Assembly: GCA_012295275.1 (NCBI GenBank)
Contig: CM022677.1
Span: 21,514,001-21,578,000, forward strand
Length of the DNA: 64,000 nucleotides
Origin: Chrysomallon squamiferum
Taxonomy: Eukaryota > Animalia > Mollusca
Direction of reading: 5' to 3'
The notes beneath the pieces are model-generated. The model saw only the letters and a list, made by a program, of their open reading frames with translations. It was not told the origin of the DNA and did no database searches. This document shows, one piece after another, positions 1 to 19,133 of this stretch. The first letter of the stretch is position 1, and every line of letters begins with the position of its first letter. The position numbers and the translations under genes were made by a program.

Positions 1-84
1 TATTATTATTATTATTACTATTATTATTAATGTATTTGTCAAACTGTGACTCTGACTTTGTGTTTGTTTTGTTTTCTAATTGAG

Positions 85-854
<770 letters not shown>

Positions 855-1050
855 ACGGAGCATCAGCGCGTCGACGGTCCTGCGGACGGGAAAGACGAAA
901 CCTGCGTGACGACGTCGTTGAAATAATCTCTGACGTTTTGTTTCTTTTTTTTTGTTTTTTTGTTTTCTTTTGTTGTTGTAATTTTTTCTTTATCTTTATT
1001 TATTTATTTATTTATTTATTGTTATTATTGTTATTGTTATTGTTATTGTT

Positions 1051-1081
<31 letters not shown>

Positions 1082-2405
1082 TTATTATTGTTATTATTAT
1101 TACTTTTCTAAATAAACTACAGAACTAGAATCACTTATAAACAAGGTGACTGTTTTTTATTTGCTTGTCAGCTTTGTGAGAGAACGAACGACGACAAGAA
1201 AACCGACTGCTGATCTCATTCATCCATCCGTCTGTTTGTCTATCTATCTGTCTATCTATCTATCTATCTATCTATCTGTCTCTCTGTCTATCTGTCCATC
1301 TGTCTGTCTGTCTGTCTGTCTCTCTGTCTATTGATCCAACCGTCCATCCACTTGTCTACTTATCTATCTTTCACTCCGACTCTCTCTATAGCTACCGTAC
1401 GTCCTTCTGTCTGTTTGTTTGTCTCCATCTATCTGTCCAATAATATATCTGTCCGTCCTGTCTCTCTGTCTTTCTGTCCATCTGACAGTCCGTCTGCCTG
1501 TCTGGTACAAGAGAAATAAACTTCAGAAATGATGATGATGATAATAATAACAACAATAACAACCACCACAATAGTAATAATAATAGTATAATAATAACAT
1601 AATAACAAAAACAATATAATAATAATCATAATAGGAAAAGCAATAACAACAACAACTACAATAATAATAATAATAATAATAATCATAATAATAATAATAA
1701 TAATAATAAGAATATAATAATAATAATAATAATAGTCATAATAATAATAATAAAAGGAATAAATTAATAACAAGAAAAAACAACAAAAAAAAAAACAAAA
1801 AACATAAGAAAACAATAAATAAAAACAACAAAACAAAACAATCCCCCAAAAAACCCCAACAACAACAAAATCTCAACAAAAACAAAACAACCAACAGCAA
1901 CACACAACAAACAACAACAACAACGACAACAACAAAACAACCCATATGTTTTTTGTTTTTATCGTACTGAAGAAAATATTAAATATTTTCTCGACGTTGC
2001 AGAAAATGCGAAGTACGCAATAAAATATTTTCTCTGTTTATTATTCAGTTTTCAGTGAACCCCGCAGATGCGCCTACGAAAGTCTTTAGTAATTTCATAT
2101 TCATCTTCCACTTTAATGTCTGTTTAAATTTTCTATAAAATATTAATAATAATAATAATAATAAAAAAAGGAAGACATTTTTTTTTTTTTCCTCGCTCTT
2201 CTGTGTATACCATCTGCTGATTTTCTTGCATATTTAAATCTTTAAATTCATTTACATTTATTCTTAGTTTTACGGCTGCTTGCGCTTTCCTGTACATCTC
2301 CGAGTAACAGGTGTTGTGTTCTTTGAGGCAGATTCAGAATCTTTAACACATTTAGATTCATGTTTATGTGTGCATTTGCATTTTATCTGAAATAAAACAC
2401 GGGAT

Positions 2406-2444
<39 letters not shown>

Positions 2445-3665
2445 TTGCGTGTAATTTAAATACAACATCTTCTGATGCACATATTAAAATATTTAAGACA
2501 TTTAAGTTCACTTTTTTATTTTAATGCTTATTTCATATATTTTTTTATTTTATTTTTTGTTTCTTTGGTCGTTTCTGAATACCATATGGTGGCGTATTTG
2601 TTATTATATCAAAATCTCTAAGATGTTTATGTTCGTTTTCTGTTTTTTTTTTTCGTTTTAATTTCCATTTATTTTCTTCAAGAATGCACTTTGAAAGGTT
2701 TCCCTAGCTTCAGATTTCAAAGCGGACAGATCGAAGTCTGGAATACAGACAATATTCTGAATACTATCATACAGACAGACAGACAGACAGACAGTATTTG
2801 AGAATAATAATAGGAGGACAACGTCGAATCGTAGTTTCACAAAAAAGTCAGACGTCGCTAACAATACGGGGACGTGTAACACACAACTCCCAAAACGAAA
2901 TCTCCCGAAGACTTCCGAGGCAAACAGATCGTTTTCATAAGTACCAACGTTCTAGAGAAAAACAGAAAATTTAAAATCTATTTTTTACTTTAGTATCATC
3001 ATTCATCTTTCTCTTAACAAGAAAAACCTTTTTTTTTTTTTTTAAATATGACAAACGTATTTCAAATCGGTTTCTTGGAATCTTTTTATGGTTACCTGTT
3101 ATGTTACAAGAATTATGAATTAATGCGTCATTACACCACTACCACTACCACAACTGTTACTGCTATTCCCACCTCCACTACTACTACTACAACTTCTACC
3201 ATTTATACTAGAAGTACTACTGCTTCTAATACTGATAATACTATTACAGTTATTGCTACTACTACTACTACCGCTACTACTACTTCCACCCACTATTACT
3301 ACTACCACTACAACTAGTACCAGTGCTACTTCTAGTACCACTACTAGTCCTACCACTACTACCACCATTACCACTGGTACTACCACTACTACCACCATTA
3401 CCACTGGTACTACCACTACTACCACCATTACCACTGGTACTACCACTACTACCACCATTACCACTGGTAATACCACTTCTGCTATTACTACTACTACTAC
3501 TACTACCACGCTACTACCGCTACTACTACTTCCACCCACTATTACTACTACCATTACAACTAGTACCAGTGCTACTTCTAGTACCACTACTAGTACTACT
3601 ACCACTACTACCACGATTACTACTATTACTACCACAACTACTACTTCTACTACTACTAGTACTAC

Positions 3666-3758
<93 letters not shown>

Positions 3759-4283
3759 AGTGTTCCTCTCATAATATATTAAAAAGATAAATTACGTAAA
3801 GCATTTTTCTCTTATTAAACACAGGCGAACGTCTGACGCCCACATCAGAATCCATTTCATTTTTTCTCTCTCTCTCTCCTTCTCTCATTCATTTTCAGCG
3901 AACAGTTTCATCTCATCTGTCAGGTAAAATCTTCTCGAAAATTTACACGTGCTGCACATCTCAAAAATCCGTCTCCTATTCATTATTCATTTTTGTTTTT
4001 ACAGCTCGATTATACCGATTTAAGCTGCCAGTCCATTTCAGTCCTAGGTGTCCTGTTTCACTGTTTCACCTCTGATCGCTTACACTCATGAATTCATTTA
4101 CATTTACATTTTGTATGAAATAAAATATATATATAAAAAAAGAAAATTACAATTGCTTGCTGCACATCTTTGAACTCAGTCTGACGCAGTTATCGGGTTC
4201 ACCAGAGAGACAACAGAGAGACAAGAGAGAGACAGAGAGACAAGAGAGAGAGAAGCATGAAGAGACAAGAGAGAGAGACAAGC

Positions 4284-7474
<3,191 letters not shown>

Positions 7475-7734
7475 CAAACATAAAAAACAACAAAAAAACA
7501 ACAACAACAAAACAAATGATAATAATAATAATAATAATGATGATGATGATGATGATGAAGTAAGATACTAGAAATAAAAGAAGATGATCGAATGAAAAAT
7601 GTTAATGTTTTTTTTTCTCTCCTTCTGGTGTGGTAGAATGTACACATCAACAAACGTACGTATGTACACATGCACTGCGTGCTGGCACACACTCACGCCC
7701 ACAATCCCAATCACACAGAGATATACGCACAGAA

Positions 7735-8140
7735 CTTACATACATACATACATACGTACGTACATAGTTACATACATACATACGTACGTACATACATACA
7801 TACATACATACATACATACATACATACACACATACATACATACACATACATACACACACATACATACATACATACATACACACATACATACATACGTACA
7901 TACATACATACATACATACGTACATACATACATACACACATACATACACACACACACACATACATACGTACATACATAATACATACTCACATACATACAT
8001 ACATATATTTACAAAAAATACATACATACATATACATATACGTACACACACACACATACATACACACACATATGTACATACATACACACATGTACATACA
8101 CACATATATACATACGTACACACATACATACACACATGTA

Positions 8141-8177
<37 letters not shown>

Positions 8178-8530
8178 CACACGTACATACACATACATCA
8201 TGCACACATATATGCACACACACATGCACACATACATACACACACATATACATATATACATACATACACATACACACATATACATACATATATATTACAC
8301 ACATATACATATATATATACATATGTACATTAATATATATGCACACACACATACATACACACATTTACATACATACATATATACACATATACATACACAT
8401 ATACATACATACATACACACATACACACATACACACATACATATACACATACATATACATACATACATACATACATACATACATACATACATACATACAC
8501 ACATACACACACATACATAAGCATACACAC

Positions 8531-8561
<31 letters not shown>

Positions 8562-8757
8562 CATATGCACATACACACATACATATATACATACACACAT
8601 AAACACATAAATACACACATACACACATACATACATACACACACACATACATACACACACACATACATACATACATACATACATACATACACACATACAT
8701 ACATACACACATACATACATACACACATACATACACACATACAGACATACATACAAA
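7735..8757 (+). repeat. ~1-kb (TACA)/(CA) compound microsatellite
   Basis: Seen directly; source of many spurious His/Thr/Tyr and Val/Cys/Met ORFs. Confidence 0.95.
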
Positions 8758-8879
8758 TTCGTCACGGTTGGATGCCCTCTCATGCAAATGAAAAGAACAC
8801 ACAAATATCTAAACGACTCCTTCAGTCACCCACGTGCTGCGTTGTCGTCACCCGTAACGACATCATCATCAACAACAAC

Positions 8880-8935
<56 letters not shown>

Positions 8936-9038
8936 CTGCAATAATAATAATGATGATGATGATAACGATAATGATAATGATGATAATAATAATAATAGTA
9001 ACAACAACAACATCAATAATAATAATAATAAATGATGA

Positions 9039-9069
<31 letters not shown>

Positions 9070-9233
9070 AATAATAATGATGATGATGATGATGATGTTG
9101 ATGATAAAACAACAACAAATGTAATGCGAAAAAAATTATTTCGTTATCTCAGATGCCTTGTTATTATCATTTCAGGTAACCTTGTTCGGGCCTCAATTCC
9201 TTACCGTTGTCTTGCACAACTCTCAATGCACAC

Positions 9234-9266
<33 letters not shown>

Positions 9267-9563
9267 AAGTAGTGTTCGCCTTGCGCTTCAATCTCCAATT
9301 CAGTTTTGTTTCCAGCAACGGAAGCACAAAACATGATTTCATTACACATTTATGAAGAATCTGCACCTGTTACAGTCATCGTGCTTATAGCAAAAAATAA
9401 AAATAAAAATAAAAAATAATAAAAAAATGTCTTCACGCGATTCGTCTTTCACTTTCATGTTCATTTATATTTTGCGTGAAATAAAAAATATCTGTCGTCT
9501 TTTTATCCTTACAAACCTCTGAATACAGTCTGTTGTTGAAATTTTGTCAAAGAACTCAGAAGA

Positions 9564-10435
9564 ATGAAGATAGTTTTCTTCTTTCTCGTTCTTCTTTTTT
9601 CCTTCGAGAATTACGTAGGTAAGTTAGAATTACGTAGGTAAGTAAGAATTACGTAGGTAAGTGAGAATTACGTAGGTAAGTGAGAATTACGTGGGTCAGT
9701 GAGAATTACGTAGGTAAGTGAGAATTACGTAGGTAAGTGAGAATTACGTAGGTAAGTGAGAACGTCACTCACGAGCTCGTCTGTTCATCCGTACGTCTGG
9801 AATTTCTGCTTTTGAGTTTGTTTACCAGAGCATGTACCTGTCTATCTACCTGTCTATCTACCTGTCTATCTACCTGTCTATCTACCTGTCTATCTACCTA
9901 TCTGTATCTACCTGATTATATAGCTCTGCAACTAATTGATAAATATCTCTCCATCTAATTGCTAAATAGCTCTGCATCGAATTGATAAATATCTCTGTAC
10001 CTAATTGATAAATAGCTCTGCATCTAATTGATAAATATCTCTGCATCTAATTGATAAATATCTCTGCATCGAATTGATAAATATCTCTGTATCCAGTTAA
10101 TAAATATCTCTGTATATAATTGAAAAATATCTCTGTATCTACCTGATTACATAGCTCTATACTTCAGAGATATATGTATGTATATGTTTAAAATTGATAA
10201 TATATATCTGCACTTGATATCTTGATAAATATCCGTAGTATCTGAATTGATATATATATCTGTTTGGATATCTATCTAGGATATATATCTCTCTTTCTAC
10301 TAGGATAATATCTCTGTATATGGGAAATAATTGTCTTCAAAAGATATCTGATATGAATTTTTCCATCTATCGGAATATATATATATATATATATACCTAC
10401 ATACACACACATACATAAATAGAAACATACATACA

Positions 10436-10497
<62 letters not shown>

Positions 10498-11090
10498 TGT
10501 ATGTATAAATATATATATACACATATATATACATACATACATATATATATACACAAACACATACATACATACATAGAGACACACACACATACATAAATAG
10601 AAACATACATAGAGACACACACACATATATAAATATAGATATACATCTGCCTAGAAGGATGTCTATCTATGAACCTACCTGACACTAACCTTTGTTTTTT
10701 TTTCTTCAACTGCCTAGTTACACACTAAATCAGTCAAGTTCTTTCTTTTTTTCTGTTTTCTTTTTTTTCTTACAAAGCAGTTGCAGAACAGATTTGCAGA
10801 GATGGATTCTCATACATTGGGCGTCGTTGCTACTGGTTGTCTCCGCCTGCACTCCAAGCCACGTGGGTAGATGCAGCGGTAAGAGTAACCCACTCGAACT
10901 GAAACACACGTACTCACTTGTAATTCACAAAACACTTACTTACCGATACGCAGGTTATTAAAGACATACATTCTGATGTACAAGTTGTTGAAAACATACA
11001 TACTGATATTCACAAGTTATTAAAAGACATATACTGATGTATAAGTTATTAAAGACATACATGCTGACATAAAGACATACATACTAATAG

Positions 11091-11155
<65 letters not shown>

Positions 11156-11592
11156 ATTACTGCAGGTCTATGAATTCCTATCTGATGATTTTCTCATCTG
11201 AGCAGGAGAACAAGAATCTCAGAACTAAGATGAATGAACACAAGAAAGGTAACTATTTTCATTTAAACTACTACTACTACTACTACCACTACAACTACTA
11301 CTACTGCCACTACTACTACTGCCACTACTACTACTGCTAATACTATTACTACTACTACCTCTAATACTATTACTACTATCACTACTGCTACTACTATTAT
11401 TACTACAACTACTACTACTACTACTACTACTACCACTACTACTACTACTACTACTACTGCTACAGATTATCACACAGAATAACGTGAGGTACGACTACTA
11501 CTACTACTACAACTGCTGCTACCACTACTTCGTATGTTGATTTTGCATTAGGTGGTAGGGTTTTCAAAGAGTATTTTCTTTTTAAAGTCGCC

Positions 11593-11676
<84 letters not shown>

Positions 11677-12413
11677 TAATAATAATAATTATAATAGTAA
11701 CAACACAAACAAATAATAATTCCAATAATAATCGTTGCCAATAATAATACTATAACGAGTATATTCATACCCAGTAACAACACAAACAAATAGTACTTCC
11801 ACTATGTATTCGTTGCCACTACTACGACTGCTACAACTATCACTACTACGACTGCTACAACTATCACTACTACTGGTGCGAATAGTTTTACTTCTACTAA
11901 GGCTGCTAGTATTACTACTACTGCTACTGATACTTCTATTAGTACGGTAACTACTTCTTACTACGACTCTGCTGTTCTTACTACTACTGCTGCTACTACT
12001 GTCACTTGTTCCACTGCTACTACTACAACTTTTACTACTACTATAAATACAATACATACTACTACTACTTCTATTACATCCAATACTGCTACTGTACTAT
12101 GTTAATACTAGTTCTGTCGTTACTCCTACTACTGCTACTGCTACTACTACTACTATTGTTACCTCTTCTAACACTGCTACTATTATGACTACTACTACCA
12201 TTACTATTGCTACTATTTCTACTACGTCTACTACTACTACTTCTATCTACTATAAACTACTACTAACAACAGTATTATATTTTAATAAAACATATTTTTA
12301 TTTTCTATTTTTGTTTTAGATCTTGTTACCGCCTGGTACCGGAAACCATACCCTTTTGATCCTCTATTATGTTAGTACTACTACTACTGGTACTTCTACT
12401 ACTACTACTACTA

Positions 12414-12472
<59 letters not shown>

Positions 12473-13019
12473 GCAACTACTATTACTACAACTGTTACCA
12501 CTAGTATAACCACACACTGACTACAAGTACTACAACTATTAGTACTACAACTATTAGTACTACGACTATTAGTACTACAACTATTAGTACTACTACTACT
12601 ACTACTATTGTTACTTCTTCTAACACTACAACTACAACTACGACTACTACTACCACTACTATTACTACTATTTCTACGACGTCTACTACTACTACTACTA
12701 CTACTACTACCAATAATAGAACATTTTCTTAATTTTTTGTAATGTTTTTTTTTTTTTTTTTTTTTCAGATACTCGTAATTACTGGCTTGGCATAACTGAC
12801 ATTCAGTTTGAAAGAAAATATGTGGGGCTCAGCCGACATTCTCGAGAAGAGGTCGATTTCACGAACTGGGCCGATAAGGAACCGAACAACGCTGGAGTAG
12901 GTGAAGACTGCGCGTTTGTAAAAAGGTCTTCGAATTACTGGCAGTGGATTGACGCAAACTGCAACAATAAAATGGGCTTTGTGTGCGAGTACCCCCCAGA
13001 GGACACGTGGGTACCCTAA
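9564..13019 (+). CDS. CTL-C: secreted C-type lectin (~165 aa, EPN/WID); exons 9564..9618, 10781..10878, 11155..11248, 12769..13019
   Basis: [18 protein letters not shown]|[29 protein letters not shown]|[19 protein letters not shown]..|[41 protein letters not shown] junctions, 498 nt in frame. Confidence 0.92.
9606..9757 (+). repeat. 19-bp tandem array of the CTL-C exon 1 splice donor (GAGAATTACGTAG|GTAAGT) x8
   Basis: Units start at 9606, 9625, 9644, 9663, 9682, 9701, 9720 and 9739; CTL-D and CTL-E have a single copy. Confidence 0.95.
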
Positions 13020-13142
13020 TAAACTCGAGTAGGCAGAGAGACAGACAGAGACAGGCGTTCTGTTTGTTTGTTTGTTTGTTTGTTTGTTTATTTTTTTTAT
13101 TAATTTTTTATTTTTATTTGTTTGTTTGTTCTGAATTTCTGT

Positions 13143-14130
13143 TACTGATAAAGTGATATCCCAATTACTGATATGGTGATATCCTGATTACTGATATGGT
13201 GATATCCTGATTACTGATTACTGATATGGTGATATCCTGATTACTGATATGGTGATATCCTGATTACTGATAAAGTGATATCTTGATTACTGATTACTGA
13301 TATGGTGATATCCTGATTACTGATTACTGATATGGTGATATCCTGATTACTGATATGGTGATATCCTGATTACTGATAAAGTGATATCTTGATTACTGAT
13401 ATGGTGATATCCTGATTACTGATATGGTGATATCCTGATTACTGATATCCTGATATCCTGATTACTGATAAAGTGATGTCTTGATTACTGATATGGTGAT
13501 ATCCTGATTACTGATATGGTGATATCCTGATTACTGATTACTGATATGGTGATATCCTGATTACTGATTACTGATATGGTGATATCCTGATTACTGATAT
13601 CCTGATATCCTGATTACTGATAAAATAATATCTTGATTACTGATATAACAATATATCCTGATTACTGATATGGTGATATCCTGATTACTGATTACTGATA
13701 TGGTGATATCCTGATTACTGATATGGTGATATCCTGATTACTGATAAAGTGATATCTTGATTACTGATATGGTGATATTCTGATTACTGATATGGTGATA
13801 TTCTGATTACTGATATGGTGATATCCTGATTACTGATATGGTGATATTCTGATTACTGATATGGTGCAAAACAAAAAAAAAAAAAAAAAAAAAAAAAAAT
13901 TACTGATATGGTGATATTCTGATTACTGATATGGTGATATTCTGATTACTGATATGGTGATATTCTGATTACTGATATGGTGATATACTGATTACTGATA
14001 TGGTGATATCCTGATTACTGATATGCTGATATCCTGATTACTGATATGGTGATATCCTGATTACTGATATGGTGATATCCTGATTACTGATATGCTGATA
14101 TCCTGATTACTGATATGGTGATATCCTGAG
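13143..14130 (+). repeat. 23-bp minisatellite (TACTGATATGGTGATATCCTGAT) x~40 with an internal poly-A at ~13867-13899
   Basis: Seen directly; a single-copy seed sits at 16863-16885 in the paralogous CTL-D flank. Confidence 0.95.
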
Positions 14131-14302
14131 TACTCTGAAACGAGACTTAAAGTAGGCAGTCGGGTTATTGGCACGTTGCTGACGGCAACAACATCAGCAA
14201 CAGCAGCAGCAGGCGGAACAAAAACAACAACAACAGCAATAATAATAAATAATAATAATAATAATAAATAACAACAACAACAACAATAATAATAATAACA
14301 AC

Positions 14303-14334
<32 letters not shown>

Positions 14335-14882
14335 TAATAATAACAACAATAATAATAATAATAAGAATAATAATAATAATAACAATAATAATAATAACAA
14401 TAATAATAACAATAATAACAATAATAATAATAATATAATAATAATAATTTCTATGACGTTAATATTCATAAAAATAACAATGATAGTAATAATAATAATG
14501 ATGATGATAATGAGACGATGATGATGATAAAAACAACAGCAAGTGCTGTTCAGTTCGTGTACTTCTGATACTTGTGAAAATCTTTGACACATTTCTATTC
14601 ACCATATTGCTTAAGGCTTTTATTTTTATTATTATTATTTCTTTTTGAATACTCCCAGTGTGCAAGTACAAAAAAAAAAAAAAAATTAAAAAAAAATTGA
14701 TTATTAAAATAAAATTTACAAAAAGTGTTTTAAATTTAAAAAAAAAAATTTGACGTCTTTCGTCTTTCACTTTTATGTTCATTTACATTTTGCGTGAAAT
14801 AAAACAAGATCTGTCGTCTTTTTATCCTTACAAACCTCTGAATACGGTCTGTTGTAGAAATTTTGTCAGAGAACTCAGAAGA

Positions 14883-15920
14883 ATGAAGATAGTTTTCTTC
14901 TTTCTCGTTCTTCTTTTTTCCTTCGAGAATTATGTAGGTAAGTAACAACGTCACTCACAAGCTCGTCTGTTCGTCCGTACGTCTATAATTTGTACTTTTG
15001 AGTTTGTTTACCAGAGCATGTACCTGTCTATCTACCTGTCTATCTACCTGGATACCTATCTCACCATCTACCTGGTATACATCTCTGTACTTACTTGATT
15101 ATATAGCTATGTATCTAAGTGATAACGATCTCTGCATCTAATTGATAAATATCTCTGTATCTACCTGATTATATAGCTCTGTACTTCAGAGATATATGTA
15201 TGTATCTGTGTGTGTAAATATATATATATATATACTCGGATATATATCTCTCTTTCTACTAGGATAACTGTCTGATACATACATACAGACAGACATATAC
15301 AGACACACACATACATACTAATTATATAGCTCTGTACTTCAGAGATATATGTATGTATGTGTGTGTAGATATATATATATATCTTTCTACTAGGATAACT
15401 GTCTGATACATACATACATACAGACATATATATATATATATGTCTGTATGTATGTATGTATGTATGTATGTAGTATTAGTACGTACAAACATACATGCAT
15501 ACATCTGCCTAGAGGGGGGTCTATCTATGCATCTACCTGACACTAACCTTTGTTGTTTTTTCTTGAACTGCCTTGTTACACACTAAATCAGTCAACTTCT
15601 TTGTTTTTTTTACTGGTTCAGTGTGTAAGAAAGCAGCTGAAAGAAGACTTCCGTGCAGAGACGGGTTCCTGTTCATAGAGGATCATTGCTACTGGTTTTC
15701 TCCCATTCAACTCCCAGCCACGTGGGTAGATGCAGCGGTAAGAGTAACCCTCTCGAACTGACTGCACTGGCACTAGACTGAAACTGAAACACACGTACTC
15801 ACTTGTTATGTACAAAATACTTACTTACCGATATGCAGGTTATTAAAGACATACATAATGATAGACACGTTATTACTACCAGAAGTATTGTTATTATTAT
15901 AATAATTATTGTTGTTGTTT

Positions 15921-15951
<31 letters not shown>

Positions 15952-15970
15952 GATTATTATTATTATTATG

Positions 15971-16028
<58 letters not shown>

Positions 16029-16749
16029 ATTACTGCAGGTCTATGAATTCCTATCTGATGATTTTTTCATCTCTGTCCGAGAACAAGAATATTATCATTA
16101 AGCTGTTGCTATACGACAATGGTAACAATTTTCGAGATACTTCTCCTAGTTACTAATACTGGTACTAGTTATTACTAGAACTACTACTGTACGAGTAGAG
16201 CTACTTCTACTGACAATAAGTATTACAAGTATTAGTACTACTACTACTTCTACTACTAGTACTACTACTACTACTAGAACTATTATCACTACTACTACTA
16301 TCTCTATTACTACTACTACCACTACTACTTCTACTACTAGTACTACTACTATTACTACTACTACTACTACAGCTACTACTAACACTAGTATTACTACTAT
16401 TTCCACTACGTCTACCACTACCACAACCGTTAACAGCAATATTTTACCTTTCAATAATTTTTAAAAATGTTTTTTCTTGTTTCTTTTACTCGTTTTAGAG
16501 GTTGATGACTACTGGCTTGGAATGACTGACATTCAGGCTGAAGGAAAGTTTGTGGGGTTGAGCCGACATTCTCGGGAAGAGGTTGATTACACCAACTGGG
16601 TTGACGGGGAGCCCAACGACGCGGGCGTCGGCGAAGACTGCGCGTTTACAACAAGCGGCTTCAACTACTGGAGGTGGGTCGACACCAACTGCAACAGGGA
16701 AATGGGCTTCGTGTGCGAGTACGACCCGCAGGTCACGTGGGCACCGTAA
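14883..16749 (+). CDS. CTL-D: secreted C-type lectin (~166 aa, EPN/WVD); exons 14883..14937, 15637(or 15622)..15737, 16028..16121, 16499..16749
   Basis: Close paralog of CTL-C with the same signal peptide; CRDGFLFIEDHCYW; [10 protein letters not shown]; YWLGMTDIQAEG..EPNDAGVGEDC..WVDTNC..FVCEYDP. Junctions in frame. Confidence 0.92.
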
Positions 16750-17007
16750 TAAACATCAGTACTGAGAGAGAGAGGCGTCTGTTCGTTTGTTTGTTTGTAA
16801 ATTTTTTTAGATTTTTTTATTATTATTATTATTTTATTTGTTTGTTTGTTCTGAATTTCTGTTACTGATATGGTGATATCCCGAGTGCTGCGAAACTAGA
16901 CTTAAAACAGGCAGTCGGGTTATTGGCACGTTGCTGCTGGCAACAACATCAGCATCAGCAGCAGCAGGAGGAAAAAGAAACAACAACAACAGCAATAGTA
17001 ATAACAA

Positions 17008-17048
<41 letters not shown>

Positions 17049-17220
17049 ATAATAATAATAATAATAACAATAATAATAACAACAATAATAACAATAATAA
17101 TACTAATAACAACAATAATAATAACAATAATAACAATAATAATAACAATAATAACAATAATAATAATAATAGTAATAATAATAATGATGATGACGATGAT
17201 GATGATAAACAGAACAAGAA

Positions 17221-17530
17221 GTCTGCGAGTATGATCCACAGGATACGAGGACATAATAAACATCAGTACACAGAGACAGAGAGAAAGGCGTCTGTTTGTC
17301 TGTTTGTTTGTTTGTATTTTGTATTTTTGTATTTGCTTGTTTGTTTGTTTGTTGTTGCTCTTCTTCTTGTTGTTATTATTATTATTATTATTATGCTGTT
17401 GTTGTTGTTATTGATGTTGTTGTTATGGAATGTACGAACAGAGGGACGTTGTTTCTATTTTTATTATTTTTGTTTTATTCTAACAGAATGACACGCCTAT
17501 AAGGAAACTGACATATAAACAAGGACTGAA
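17221..17530 (+). pseudogene. Relic 3' end of a deleted C-type lectin paralog (last 11 codons, stop, 3' flank)
   Basis: GTC TGC GAG TAT GAT CCA CAG GAT ACG AGG ACA TAA TAAACATCAGTAC = VCEYDPQDTRT* plus the same post-stop sequence as CTL-D/E. The downstream flank (acagagggacgtt...aaacaaggactga) matches the CTL-E flank at 22650-22760. Confidence 0.8.
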
Positions 17531-17537
17531 GTAAATC

Positions 17538-18115
17538 AATATGCTATTAACATTAACGATACACACACTAAATATACTATTAACATTAAAGATACACACA
17601 CTAAATATACTATTAACATTAACGATACACACACACTAAATATACTATTAACATTAAAGATACACATACACTAAATATACTATTAACATTAAAGATACAC
17701 ACACTAAATATACTATTAACATTAAAGATACACACACTAAATATACTATTAACATTAAAGATACACATACACTAAATATACTATTAACATTAAAGATACA
17801 CATACACTAAATATACTATTAACGTTAAAGATACACACACACTAAATATACTATTAACGTTAAAGATACACACACTAAATATACTATTAACATTAAAGAT
17901 ACACATACACTAAATATACTATTAACATTAAAGATACAAACACACTAAATATACTATTAACGTTAAAGATACGTACACTAAATATACTATTAACATTAAA
18001 GATACACACACACTAAATATACTATTAACGTTAAAGATACAAACACACTAAATATACTATTAACATTAAAAATACACACATACACTAAATATACTATTAA
18101 CATTAAAGATACACA
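17538..18115 (+). repeat. 33-35-bp minisatellite (AAATATACTATTAACATTAAAGATACACACACT) x~17
   Basis: Seen directly. Confidence 0.92.
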
Positions 18116-19133
18116 ACAACAGTAGCAGCAGCTACAAGAACACTCATAATAAAAGTAATAACTGCAACAACAACAATAATGATAATAATGATAATAATAG
18201 TAATAATGGTAATAATTGCAATAATGACAACAACAACAATAATAATAATAATAATCATGACGATAATGATAATGATAATAATAATAATTGTAATAATAAT
18301 GATTCTGATGATGATGATGATGATAAAAACAACAACAAGTGTAATGAGTAAAAATTATTTCGTTATCTCAGATGCCTTTTGGAAAGTCTAGATCTTTTTT
18401 ATTTAAAGAAACCTTGTTCGGGCCTCAGTGTAAAGGTGGATACTAAAGAGAAACGTCATTCTTACTATGGTCTGTTTCTTCATTAATACCATCCCTTAAA
18501 TTATCTTTTCCTTACCGAACTCTCGCGAACTTAACCTCATTACAAAACGAAGTGAAAACTGTAACAATTTTTTTTTTTTTTTTTAAATTAGCGCCTGATA
18601 TATTCACTGTTTCATAATTATTATTTTTAATCATCTAAATTAAGAAAAATTATAGAAAACGGTATTTTAATGTGCTTTTTGCACTTTGTACGAATTCGGT
18701 TTGAGAAAGTAAAAAAAAAGTTCTGTTTGACGATAGCCTGATGTTCTGTTCGTGTACTTCTGATACTTGTGAAAATCTTTGACACATTTCTAGTCACCAT
18801 ATTGCTTAAGGCTTTTTCTTTTTCTTTTTTTTTTTTTTTTTTAATTATTATTATTATCTTTTTTTTTTTTGAACCACTCCCAGTGTGTGTGCATAAAAAA
18901 AAAAAAAAAAAAAAAATAAAAATAAAAAATAATAAAAATAAAAATAAAAAAAATAACAAAATATATTTTTTTTAAATTTAAAATTAAAAAAAATAAAATC
19001 TTGACGTCTTTCGTCTTTCACTTTTATGTTCATTTACATTTTGCGTGAAATAAAACAAGATCTGTCGTCTTTTTATCCTTACAAACCTCTGAATACAGTC
19101 TGTTGTAGAAATTTTGTCAGAGAACTCAGAAGA

